Shown piece after piece: positions 18,056 through 25,795 of a stretch of DNA of 64,000 nucleotides (its first letter is position 1; the number at the start of each line of letters is the position of its first letter). The notes beneath the pieces are model-generated. The model ran no database searches. It worked only from the letters and a program-made list of their open reading frames with translations, and was not told where the DNA came from. The DNA is taken from positions 1 through 64,000 of IMG/VR virus record IMGVR_UViG_3300020727_000009. The stretch is one strand, 5' to 3'. The stretch comes from an uncultured virus (IMG/VR IMGVR_UViG_3300020727_000009). Lineage: Duplodnaviria > Heunggongvirae > Uroviricota > Caudoviricetes. Made by a program: the position numbers and the translations under genes.

Positions 18056-19413
18056 AAAAAGTTATAATCTTTGATCTTGATGGGGTCTTGATTGACAGCA
18101 AGGACATTCATTTTACCGCTCTGAATATGGCGTTGGAAGATGTTTCTCCTGAGCTTGTAATTAGTACTTTTGACCACAAGAATATATATGAGGGGTTGCC
18201 TACTAAGGAGAAGCTGTTTATTCTCTCTGAGAGTAAGGGGCTTGTTCAAGAGCTGCACCCAGTAATTTGGGAACTTAAGCAAAAGTACACTGCAGAGATG
18301 TTTGAGAACGTAGTAGAAGATAGGGATCTTGTAGAGCACTTTAAGTACATTGCATCAAAGGGCATTGGTATCGGCGTTGCCAGTAACAGTATTTCCAAGA
18401 CTGTAGAGACCTGCCTAGATAAACTGGGGATACTTCCATACGTGGATGTAGCCATATCTAATGGCGGAGTTGCAAACTCTAAGCCCCACCCAGAAATGTA
18501 TTGGTCTATCATGAACTATTTCAAGACTGTTCCAACAAATGTTGTTATCTTTGAAGACAGCTTTGTTGGAAAACTTGCTGCTAGGGATAGTGGGGCTCAT
18601 CTTATTGAGATTAAGAATAGGGAAGATCTTACTAAAGAAAAGATTGATCTTGCTCTAGAGCACCTATCTAAAGCCTCTTCATTTAGGGATAAGAAGATGA
18701 ATGTTTTGATCCCAATGGCAGGACTAGGGAGTCGTTTTGCGGATGCTGGCTATAGCTTCCCTAAACCTCTTATTGAAGTTAACGGTAAGCCTATGATCGA
18801 GCGTGTAGTAGAGAGCCTTGGTATAGAGGCAAACTACATCTATGTTTCTATGCAGGAGCATGTAGAAAAATACAACTTGATGTTCATGCTAGACAAGATC
18901 ACCCCTGGATGCCATTTGATCAGCACCCCAGTGCTTACAGGCGGTGCGGCCCAGACCTGTTTACTTGCAAGAGAGCTTATTAATAATGATGAGCCTCTGA
19001 TCATAGCTAACTCAGATCAAATCGTTGACTGGGACAGCAGAGACTTTATGTATCATATGAACGTAAAGAATGCTGATGCCGGCATTGCAACATTCACCTC
19101 TACCCACCCTAAGTGGTCTTATGCAAGAATCGCATCTGATACAGGCCTTGTTTTAGAAGTTGCTGAGAAGAAGCCTATTAGCAATCATGCAACTGTGGGC
19201 ATTTACTATTGGAAGCATGGCTCAGACTTTGTTAAGTACGCTGAGCAGATGATGGAAAAGAACATCACAGTTAACGGAGAGTTCTATACCGCCCCAGTAT
19301 TTAATGAAGCTATTAATGATGGGAAGCGTGTATATGCTATGCATGTTAATAAGATGTGGGGAGTGGGAACTCCAGAGGATCTAAACAACTACCTTAGGAG
19401 TAACAATGCTTAA
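18052..19413 (+). CDS. HAD phosphatase fused to a sugar-phosphate nucleotidyltransferase
   Basis: HAD motifs FDLDGVL, KPHP and FEDS; NTP-transferase motif IPMAGLGSRF...PKPL, plus EKKP and GTPEDL; ATG 18052 overlaps the upstream stop. Confidence 0.9.
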   Translation: MKKVIIFDLDGVLIDSKDIHFTALNMALEDVSPELVISTFDHKNIYEGLPTKEKLFILSESKGLVQELHPVIWELKQKYTAEMFENVVEDRDLVEHFKYIASKGIGIGVASNSISKTVETCLDKLGILPYVDVAISNGGVANSKPHPEMYWSIMNYFKTVPTNVVIFEDSFVGKLAARDSGAHLIEIKNREDLTKEKIDLALEHLSKASSFRDKKMNVLIPMAGLGSRFADAGYSFPKPLIEVNGKPMIERVVESLGIEANYIYVSMQEHVEKYNLMFMLDKITPGCHLISTPVLTGGAAQTCLLARELINNDEPLIIANSDQIVDWDSRDFMYHMNVKNADAGIATFTSTHPKWSYARIASDTGLVLEVAEKKPISNHATVGIYYWKHGSDFVKYAEQMMEKNITVNGEFYTAPVFNEAINDGKRVYAMHVNKMWGVGTPEDLNNYLRSNNA

Positions 19414-19840
19414 GATTGCCCATAGAGGTTTGATTAGGGGAGAAAACAAGGACGGGGAGAACAATCCTGTTGACGTAGTCTCTGCTATTGCCCAAGGCTA
19501 TGACGTAGAGGTTGATGTCTGGATGAATCCGGAAGGTATGTTCCTAGGACATGACGAACCCTTCTACCAGATTGACGAGGAGTTTATCAACTCTATTAAA
19601 GATAAAACCTGGTTCCACTGCAAGAACATAGAAGCCCTTGGCTATTTTTCTAACAACATCCCGGATGCCAGGTTCTTCTGGCACCAGAATGACGACCACA
19701 CCCTGACAAGTAACGGATATATCTGGACTTACCCTGGTAGGGCTTTGACAAACAAGTCAATAGTGGTACTTACTGAGCCTACAGATTTAAGTATCTTTGA
19801 GGGTATCTACGGGGTCTGCACCAAGTACCTAGTTGGCTAG
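19406..19840 (+). CDS. PLC-like / glycerophosphodiester phosphodiesterase-like protein
   Basis: IAHRG, EN, DVEVDV, LGHD and HCKN motifs. Confidence 0.8.
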   Translation: MLKIAHRGLIRGENKDGENNPVDVVSAIAQGYDVEVDVWMNPEGMFLGHDEPFYQIDEEFINSIKDKTWFHCKNIEALGYFSNNIPDARFFWHQNDDHTLTSNGYIWTYPGRALTNKSIVVLTEPTDLSIFEGIYGVCTKYLVG

Positions 19841-19841
19841 G

Positions 19842-19870
19842 CAGACAATCCCGTAGTTTTCAGGTATCGT
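19842..19870 (+). promoter_or_regulatory. Putative promoter, class B
   Basis: CAGACA-N17-TATCGT upstream of fibre B. Confidence 0.5.
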
Positions 19871-19896
19871 GGGGGGCATTAAGCGAAGGAGTTTAT

Positions 19897-20832
19897 ATGA
19901 CAGTCGGTTTTCCTAGTGCAGTCTATCCCTACACAGCTCGTGTAGATCTTCAGGATACTGTTGTAGCTAATGACGTAAACTCTCTGCAGCAAGAAGTCAG
20001 AGCTATTGAGACAGGCCTCGGAGTTCCTTCTGACGGCTTTGCAGGCGGCGTTCTTGTATCTAACTTCACATCATCTACAGCTTTTAGCACAGGTACAACA
20101 TCCTGGACTACCCTAGCTCAGCGTCTTGCAAACATTGAAAACGGTCTGATCTATGGCGTAGGTAACGCTCCGTATGTATCTAAAACTGGCGGCAGCACCA
20201 TCCTTACCAGTTCTGCTGGCGGTGTGGGTCTCACCCTAACTACTGGTTCTGGAACCAATAACCTTCTTACTACAGCAGGGTTTACCTTAAGCTATTTGGG
20301 TATTCCACAGGTAAGCGGAAGCAACGTTCTCTATGTGGGCAGCACTGACTACAACTCCCTAAACACATCTATTACAACAACCCTGCCTAACTCCATCGCT
20401 ACAAAGGTCCCTCTTTCGACTGTAACGACCGCTGGAGACCTTATCTACGGTACTGGGTCATCTACTGTAGGCCGCATAGGTATTGGTTCTACAGGGCAGT
20501 ATCTGACCGTTTCTGGGGGTATCCCAACCTGGTCTACTCTACCTTCATATCTTCCTACAAGCACTTTGACAACAAACGGCGACCTTCTAACCTATAGCAG
20601 CGGAAACACACGCTTGGGTATCGGATCTACCGGACAAGTTCTTACAGTGGTTGCTGGCCTACCTGCTTGGCAGACACCTACAACCTCATACGTCTCTCAG
20701 ACTAACGGATCAGTCACAACAGCATCTACAGTAACAGCATCTTCTAACGTGGTACGCAATACGTGGGTAAGCACTTCTACCCCAACCTCTGGACAAGGCA
20801 TTGAAGGCGACGTCTGGTTGGTGTATGTATAA
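19897..20832 (+). CDS. Fibre protein B
   Basis: N-terminal ANDVNSLQQEV.AIE..LG; two TTxGDL...RxGIGSTGQxLTV..G.PxW repeats; C-terminal STSTP..G.EGDVWL. Confidence 0.85.
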   Translation: MTVGFPSAVYPYTARVDLQDTVVANDVNSLQQEVRAIETGLGVPSDGFAGGVLVSNFTSSTAFSTGTTSWTTLAQRLANIENGLIYGVGNAPYVSKTGGSTILTSSAGGVGLTLTTGSGTNNLLTTAGFTLSYLGIPQVSGSNVLYVGSTDYNSLNTSITTTLPNSIATKVPLSTVTTAGDLIYGTGSSTVGRIGIGSTGQYLTVSGGIPTWSTLPSYLPTSTLTTNGDLLTYSSGNTRLGIGSTGQVLTVVAGLPAWQTPTTSYVSQTNGSVTTASTVTASSNVVRNTWVSTSTPTSGQGIEGDVWLVYV

Positions 20833-22100
20833 TGAGTGGTCAAGTCAAAGTAGGCGGGGTTTGGCGTACAGCTGGTAGTATTCTAACTAAGGTGACAACC
20901 GGCGGTATTCAAAGCTGGCACTCTGTAACATCTGGTTGGGTTAAAATTGGTGGCGTTTGGCATCAGTGGTTTACTGGACAATTTGCTGATACTTTTGCAA
21001 GACTTACCTCTGGTTCGTTAGGGACATCTTCTAGCGGCGGAGTATGGAACGCCATCTCTGGCATCTGGTCCTCTAATAACGGCGTGGCTACAACTGCTAC
21101 TAGCCCATCTACATACCCTATTGCTGCTACGGATATGGGTAACCCGAACGTAACCGCTACCGCTCAAAACGTAAGCTTAGGTTCTGGCATATCATTCTTA
21201 GTAACAGACTCTAATAACTGGCTTGCTGCTGTGGGTGTTGAGAGCGATACTTACTTTACGTACTCATATTCTTATACTGCCCCGTACACATATACAGCCC
21301 CATACACCTACGCCACCCCATATACCTCAGGTACACCACTAGGTTATTATGCAAGCGGAACCACTTACTACTACTCTACTGTTTATCAAGGTACAGGAAA
21401 CTATGTTTCAGGAACCAACTATTCTTGGGACGGAGCATACGTATACTCCACCCATTATCAGTATGCTACTGCAGGTTTTTGGGATCATGGAACTTACCAG
21501 TATTACATTGCAAACCCAGGTGCATACGGAGCACCATATAGTTACATAGGTGGCGGACAATATGCCGGTACACAGCGGTATGTAGTTCAATACGGTACCT
21601 ACAGCACGTATGTTCAACCAACCTACACCTCATATAACAACGCTGTAGCTCATACTGGCGATGTAAGCACCCCATATACAGCACAAACTTACACCTCTTA
21701 TAGTTCACTAGGATCCTACACAAATTACTCTCCATACTATTCCGGAACCTACTCGTCTACAGACAGCTACACGGTTCCCTCTACCTATACAGCAACAGGG
21801 TCTGCCACAACTACGAACATCCAGTATTTGCTTAAAATTTACCAATCAGTGGCCGGAACAGTTTCCACGCTTGCCACCACCACCCTAAGTGGTATTTTAG
21901 CTTCTCTAAAGGTTGTAGTTCATGGTACTTCAGTTACCGCCACAGCGTTTAGCGATAATTCACAAACCACTAGCGTAGGCACCGCCACAACCACTTTAGG
22001 CAGTTCTCCTACCGCAACAAAAGCTGGTATAATTTTGACTACGTCGGATCAAGCTCAGGGAAGTACCTTAGGTTACTTTACGGCCACGATCACAGGTTAA
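20832..22100 (+). CDS. Putative fibre-tip adhesin B with a ~190-aa Cys-free Tyr/Thr insert
   Basis: Coupled to fibre B (TAATG); Trp-rich N-terminal VKVGGVW/VKIGGVW; scaffold shared with 13624. Confidence 0.7.
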   Translation: MSGQVKVGGVWRTAGSILTKVTTGGIQSWHSVTSGWVKIGGVWHQWFTGQFADTFARLTSGSLGTSSSGGVWNAISGIWSSNNGVATTATSPSTYPIAATDMGNPNVTATAQNVSLGSGISFLVTDSNNWLAAVGVESDTYFTYSYSYTAPYTYTAPYTYATPYTSGTPLGYYASGTTYYYSTVYQGTGNYVSGTNYSWDGAYVYSTHYQYATAGFWDHGTYQYYIANPGAYGAPYSYIGGGQYAGTQRYVVQYGTYSTYVQPTYTSYNNAVAHTGDVSTPYTAQTYTSYSSLGSYTNYSPYYSGTYSSTDSYTVPSTYTATGSATTTNIQYLLKIYQSVAGTVSTLATTTLSGILASLKVVVHGTSVTATAFSDNSQTTSVGTATTTLGSSPTATKAGIILTTSDQAQGSTLGYFTATITG

Positions 22101-22119
22101 AAAGTTTACGGAGGAGCGC

Positions 22120-22803
22120 ATGAAGGTCTTTAGGTTTGTACCTAGTCCTGGTGTAAAAAAAGAACATAAACCGCCAGTACCAGCAAAGAGCGAAGTCCCA
22201 GACTGGTATAAAAATGCTGAGCGTCATTACTATGATAAGCATGGCGTCAAATACGACGGCTTAAAAGTCTGTGTACCTTTTCTAGACGCCATGATTTCTG
22301 GTTATATGTTGGTTACCCCCGTTGATGTAGAAGTAACTTTAGACGAAGAGGGTAGATCTAAACTAAGCTGGGAAGAGACAGGCTTTCCGGTGCTAACCGA
22401 ACGCCTTGGTTTGACAGGCCATACTATCCCACGTCCTGCCGGACATGCCCACAACCACCTTGCATGGAACTGTCAATGGGGTTGGAAAGTTCCTCCAGGA
22501 TATAGCGCACTTTTAACGCACCCAATAAATAGATTTGACCTACCTTTCACTACTATGTCTGGGATTGTTGACAGCGAAGAGTTTACTGGTTGGGGTAACG
22601 TACCCTTTTTCATAAGAGAGGGTTGGACAGGTACAATACCTGCAGGAACACCCATTGCCCAGCTAATCCCTATTAAAAGAGATAAGTGGGTATCCGTCCA
22701 AGACTACACTGAAACGGACCATCAAGTAGAAAGAAGTAGCTATCTTCGTTCTGCAACAGGTGTGTATAAAAAACTATGGCGTAAGCCAAAGGAGTATTCA
22801 TGA
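22120..22803 (+). CDS. dUTPase-fold-like protein B (DUF6065-like)
   Basis: PDWY, LKVCVPFLDAM.SGY, VPPGYS, GIVDSE and GTPIAQLIP motifs; paralog of 15692. Confidence 0.65.
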   Translation: MKVFRFVPSPGVKKEHKPPVPAKSEVPDWYKNAERHYYDKHGVKYDGLKVCVPFLDAMISGYMLVTPVDVEVTLDEEGRSKLSWEETGFPVLTERLGLTGHTIPRPAGHAHNHLAWNCQWGWKVPPGYSALLTHPINRFDLPFTTMSGIVDSEEFTGWGNVPFFIREGWTGTIPAGTPIAQLIPIKRDKWVSVQDYTETDHQVERSSYLRSATGVYKKLWRKPKEYS

Positions 22804-22964
22804 TGTTTAAAAAGAAAAAGGAAGCCGAGCCAGTTGCTGAGGTAAGGTCTATACGTCTAGGTATAGTAATAGACGGAGAGATTGTAGAAGTCTTTGCAGT
22901 AAACAGTGCTAGATTGGCGTCCCTGTTTTTAAATAATCCAACCTTTGTAGACCTAGAGGATTAA
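22800..22964 (+). CDS. Small protein, paralog family 1 (54 aa; not in ORF track)
   Basis: MMFKKKKEAEPVAEVRSIRLGIVIDGEIVEVFAVNSARLASLFLNNPTFVDLED; GGAG RBS, ATGA overlap. Confidence 0.8.
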   Translation: MMFKKKKEAEPVAEVRSIRLGIVIDGEIVEVFAVNSARLASLFLNNPTFVDLED

Positions 22965-22965
22965 T

Positions 22966-23955
22966 ATGTCTATCTATATTGCTATCCCAACCATGTATGA
23001 TAACCAGGTTCCCTTTACCGTATTTGAGGCTATCCAAAGCGCCGCTAATCCAGACGACTTAACTATAGGCCTTGTTCTTATGGAGACTGCCCATTCAAAT
23101 GTAGACTATGAGTTCTACTATAAAGATAAGATTGAGAAGCTACTTGAATTCTCCCAAGTTAAGTTTAAGAGGTTTAAGGTAGGAGAATATGAGCCGTCTA
23201 TTGGTTTTGGTCGAGATCAAGCCCTATCTATGTATGATGGGGAAGACTATATTCTTCAAGTAGATTCCCATACACTCTTTGAAAGAAATTGGGATACTAA
23301 GCTTATTAAGATGTACGAGGGTGCCCTAGAAGCTACTCAAAATCCAAAAACAATTATGACAGCTTATTTGCCTGGGTTTAAACATCTAGATAACGGTGAG
23401 CGTGTTCCTTTAAGGCACGATAAGCTTGCCCAGTACCCCATCATGTTGTTTAGGACATGGGTAAATACAGGAATTCCTGCTTGGAAAGACGAACCGTTGG
23501 CCGGTCCTGATTCGCACATGTACAGGTCAGACGATCTATATGTACCTGCTGTTAAGTTTAACGCTCAGTTTGTCTTCTCTAACAAGCACTATTTTGGTAA
23601 TACCGGCTTAGATATAGACACTATTTTTTGGGAAGAAGAGATCATTCAAACTATGAGTTTGCTAGAGGCTGGTTTTTCTTTAGTGTTTCCAAACATGACC
23701 GTTCCGCTATCTCATCTATTTCAAAATAATACAGACTTTGATCAAGTACTGCACCCAACCTACAGGGTAAGTGGAGCCAACCCTAAGATACTTCCTAATG
23801 AGCAGTACTACAACAGTATTAGGGACAACTGGGTAAAGTACGTAACTAATCCGGCTAACAAGGCCAAGGTTGACCGGTTCTGCAGGTACACAAAGATCAA
23901 CCTTAAGTACGGGCCATTTAAAGAGGGGTACATCCCTAAAGAGTTTAATAGGTGA
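22966..23955 (+). CDS. Glycosyltransferase, GT60-like (Skp1-hydroxyproline GlcNAc-transferase family)
   Basis: SIYIAI, GR....SMYDGEDYILQVDSHTLF..NWD..LI, IMTAYLP and FWEEE motifs. Confidence 0.8.
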   Translation: MSIYIAIPTMYDNQVPFTVFEAIQSAANPDDLTIGLVLMETAHSNVDYEFYYKDKIEKLLEFSQVKFKRFKVGEYEPSIGFGRDQALSMYDGEDYILQVDSHTLFERNWDTKLIKMYEGALEATQNPKTIMTAYLPGFKHLDNGERVPLRHDKLAQYPIMLFRTWVNTGIPAWKDEPLAGPDSHMYRSDDLYVPAVKFNAQFVFSNKHYFGNTGLDIDTIFWEEEIIQTMSLLEAGFSLVFPNMTVPLSHLFQNNTDFDQVLHPTYRVSGANPKILPNEQYYNSIRDNWVKYVTNPANKAKVDRFCRYTKINLKYGPFKEGYIPKEFNR

Positions 23956-23984
23956 TCCCCCTAACCGAGAGGTAGACTACTCCT

Positions 23985-24560
23985 ATGCGTGGAGAAAATA
24001 GGCAAGGTAGATTTAGCGTTCTGTCCGAACGTGCCTCTTTCGTGTCCGGAACCACCGTAGAGCTTCAGAAGACTGTAGGCACTAGCGTAGCTTGGTGGCT
24101 TTTTGACTCTGCCAATACCGTGGTGGACCCGGTTTATGACACAGGTGCAGTAAGCGGCGGACGTGTCTGGAAGAACCCACTAACTATTCCTGTAGTAAGC
24201 GCCCAACTAGAGCAGGGCGTTACCGTACAGTCAGATCGTGGTTTCTATAACACCGACCGCCTTACCCTTATTATTAACGTAGACGTTATTGAGAATAGCC
24301 TGAACTTCTACGGCGCCAACGCAAACAATGTGCCAGAGCTAGCCAACGTAGAGCTTAACCCTGACTTCTATCTACGTGACCGCATCATATTCCGTAATGA
24401 AGTATTTACCCCTACTAGGGTGCTGCCCGAAGGTATAATCGGGGCTAACTACACCTTGCTTAGAGTTATCTGTGAGCAGGTGAACGCAGAAGAGTTGGTA
24501 AACGATCCTCAGTTCCAGCACTATGCAAACTACTCTGCTTTTGACCCTACGACCTACTAA
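23985..24560 (+). CDS. Probable head-closure / neck protein
   Basis: Position; DRIIFRNEVF beta-barrel-like motif; apparent leaderless start. Confidence 0.55.
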   Translation: MRGENRQGRFSVLSERASFVSGTTVELQKTVGTSVAWWLFDSANTVVDPVYDTGAVSGGRVWKNPLTIPVVSAQLEQGVTVQSDRGFYNTDRLTLIINVDVIENSLNFYGANANNVPELANVELNPDFYLRDRIIFRNEVFTPTRVLPEGIIGANYTLLRVICEQVNAEELVNDPQFQHYANYSAFDPTTY

Positions 24561-24569
24561 GGAAATACC

Positions 24570-24740
24570 ATGGCAGCAAAAAAGACAAGTAAGAAGCACC
24601 CAGGTTTTGAAAAAGCTTCTGCTAAGATTGCTAAAAAAGAAGGTGTATCCCAAAAGCAAGCAGACGCTATTTTAGCAGCATCTTCACGAGGAGCTTCAAA
24701 GGGAGCCAAGAAGAAGAACCCAAGACTTAAGAAGGTCTGA
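24570..24740 (+). CDS. Small Lys-rich protein (56 aa; not in ORF track)
   Basis: MAAKKTSKKHPGFEKASAKIAKKEGVSQKQADAILAASSRGASKGAKKKNPRLKKV; AAGGA RBS. Confidence 0.8.
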   Translation: MAAKKTSKKHPGFEKASAKIAKKEGVSQKQADAILAASSRGASKGAKKKNPRLKKV

Positions 24741-24741
24741 T

Positions 24742-24939
24742 ATGGCTAAAGTAAAAATTGACGGTAAAACCCATAAATTTGTTAAGAACAAAAAAGGTGA
24801 CGTTATAGTAAGCCATCCAGATGGTGGAGGTCCTACTATGGACTTGACCAAAAAGGATGCTAAGATTAAGACTGTAAAAGATGGTATTGCCGCTGGCCGT
24901 CAGTGGCACAAGACTCACAAGAAAAAGAAGGGAAAGTAA
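24742..24939 (+). CDS. Small Lys-rich protein
   Basis: Tightly packed ORF. Confidence 0.75.
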   Translation: MAKVKIDGKTHKFVKNKKGDVIVSHPDGGGPTMDLTKKDAKIKTVKDGIAAGRQWHKTHKKKKGK

Positions 24940-24940
24940 T

Positions 24941-25033
24941 ATGTGCAAAGCATGTGGATGTGGCTGCTCTAAGCCAAACTGCAAGGGCGCCTGCAAGAAA
25001 AAGGGCAAGCCTACTACTAAAAAGGGCAAGTAA
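24941..25033 (+). CDS. Cys/Lys-rich peptide (30 aa, metallothionein-like; not in ORF track)
   Basis: MCKACGCGCSKPNCKGACKKKGKPTTKKGK; starts 1 nt after the upstream stop. Confidence 0.7.
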   Translation: MCKACGCGCSKPNCKGACKKKGKPTTKKGK

Positions 25034-25034
25034 A

Positions 25035-25094
25035 GTGGCCCCAGAATGCAAGTGCGAAAACTGTAACTGCGGAAAAAAGGATAATAATGGCTAA
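25035..25094 (+). CDS. Cys-rich peptide (19 aa)
   Basis: GTG start 1 nt after the upstream stop: MAPECKCENCNCGKKDNNG. Confidence 0.5.
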   Translation: MAPECKCENCNCGKKDNNG

Positions 25095-25266
25095 AAAGAA
25101 GATGTCTGATAAGGAACAAGATAAAAAGCTTGAAAAAGGTATGACACCGGCTCAAAAGAAGAAATTTGAAGCAGCCGATAAGAAGATGGACAAGAAGAAG
25201 CCTTCTCGCAAGGAAGATGAAAAGATGGATAAGGCCTTGGCCAAAAAGGTTAAGAAAAAGAAGTAA
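25087..25266 (+). CDS. Small Lys/Asp-rich protein (59 aa; not in ORF track)
   Basis: MAKKKMSDKEQDKKLEKGMTPAQKKKFEAADKKMDKKKPSRKEDEKMDKALAKKVKKKK; AAGGA RBS. Confidence 0.8.
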   Translation: MAKKKMSDKEQDKKLEKGMTPAQKKKFEAADKKMDKKKPSRKEDEKMDKALAKKVKKKK

Positions 25267-25272
25267 AGATTT

Positions 25273-25295
25273 AGCCCCCCACGAGGGGGCTTTTT
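25273..25295 (+). terminator. Intrinsic terminator
   Basis: AGCCCCC-cacga-GGGGGCT followed by a T run. Confidence 0.85.
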
Positions 25296-25370
25296 CCTTT
25301 ATTATTGCCTTGACGCCAGAGAGATCTGGAACCCTGCAGAAGTACCCCTACGCCTCTTTAGGAGGATCTG

Positions 25371-25535
25371 ATGATTTACCTTGCTAAGCGCCTGCTCGAA
25401 CAAGAGACAGACGCCGATAAGATTGAGTTCATTCGTGGAGCATCGGGACTATTGCCGGGATCAGGAACCAAAAAGGTTCTCTCATCTGTTGCGGTAGGCT
25501 ACTTGCTTTCGAAGGTACTCAGCAATCGTGGCTAA
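25371..25535 (+). CDS. Hypothetical protein (54 aa; not in ORF track)
   Basis: AGGAGG RBS; MIYLAKRLLEQETDADKIEFIRGASGLLPG... Confidence 0.75.
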   Translation: MIYLAKRLLEQETDADKIEFIRGASGLLPGSGTKKVLSSVAVGYLLSKVLSNRG

Positions 25536-25794
25536 ATTCTCATCTATCTTTAAAGACTCAATTAGGCGTGTAGAGAAATCAGTTACTCCTGCTTACACCA
25601 ATAAACTTCGCAGCCATCTATCTGACTATGGTTGGCCTTCGCACATCGTCTCCCAGGTTTCCCTCAAGCATGACGGTAAGCAACATAAGATTACCTACCC
25701 AGAGCACCTAGAGGATCAGATCCTTACTCTGGAGTATGGAACTCAAGATACTCCCCCAAATCCTGCCATGCGCACTTTTATGATGGGGAGCTAA
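25528..25794 (+). CDS. Neck / tail-completion protein (HK97 gp10-like)
   Basis: LEYGT...P.P.MR motif. Confidence 0.7.
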   Translation: MAKFSSIFKDSIRRVEKSVTPAYTNKLRSHLSDYGWPSHIVSQVSLKHDGKQHKITYPEHLEDQILTLEYGTQDTPPNPAMRTFMMGS

Positions 25795-25795
25795 G

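Noticed and set aside
13624..22100. Diversity-generating retroelement behind the Tyr/Asn-rich variable inserts
   Set aside because: No reverse transcriptase and no template/variable repeat pair differing at adenines in this window; the repeats seen are short exact tandem duplications
15692..22803. 2OG-Fe(II) oxygenase call for the paired 230-aa proteins
   Set aside because: No conserved HxD...H triad shared by the two paralogs
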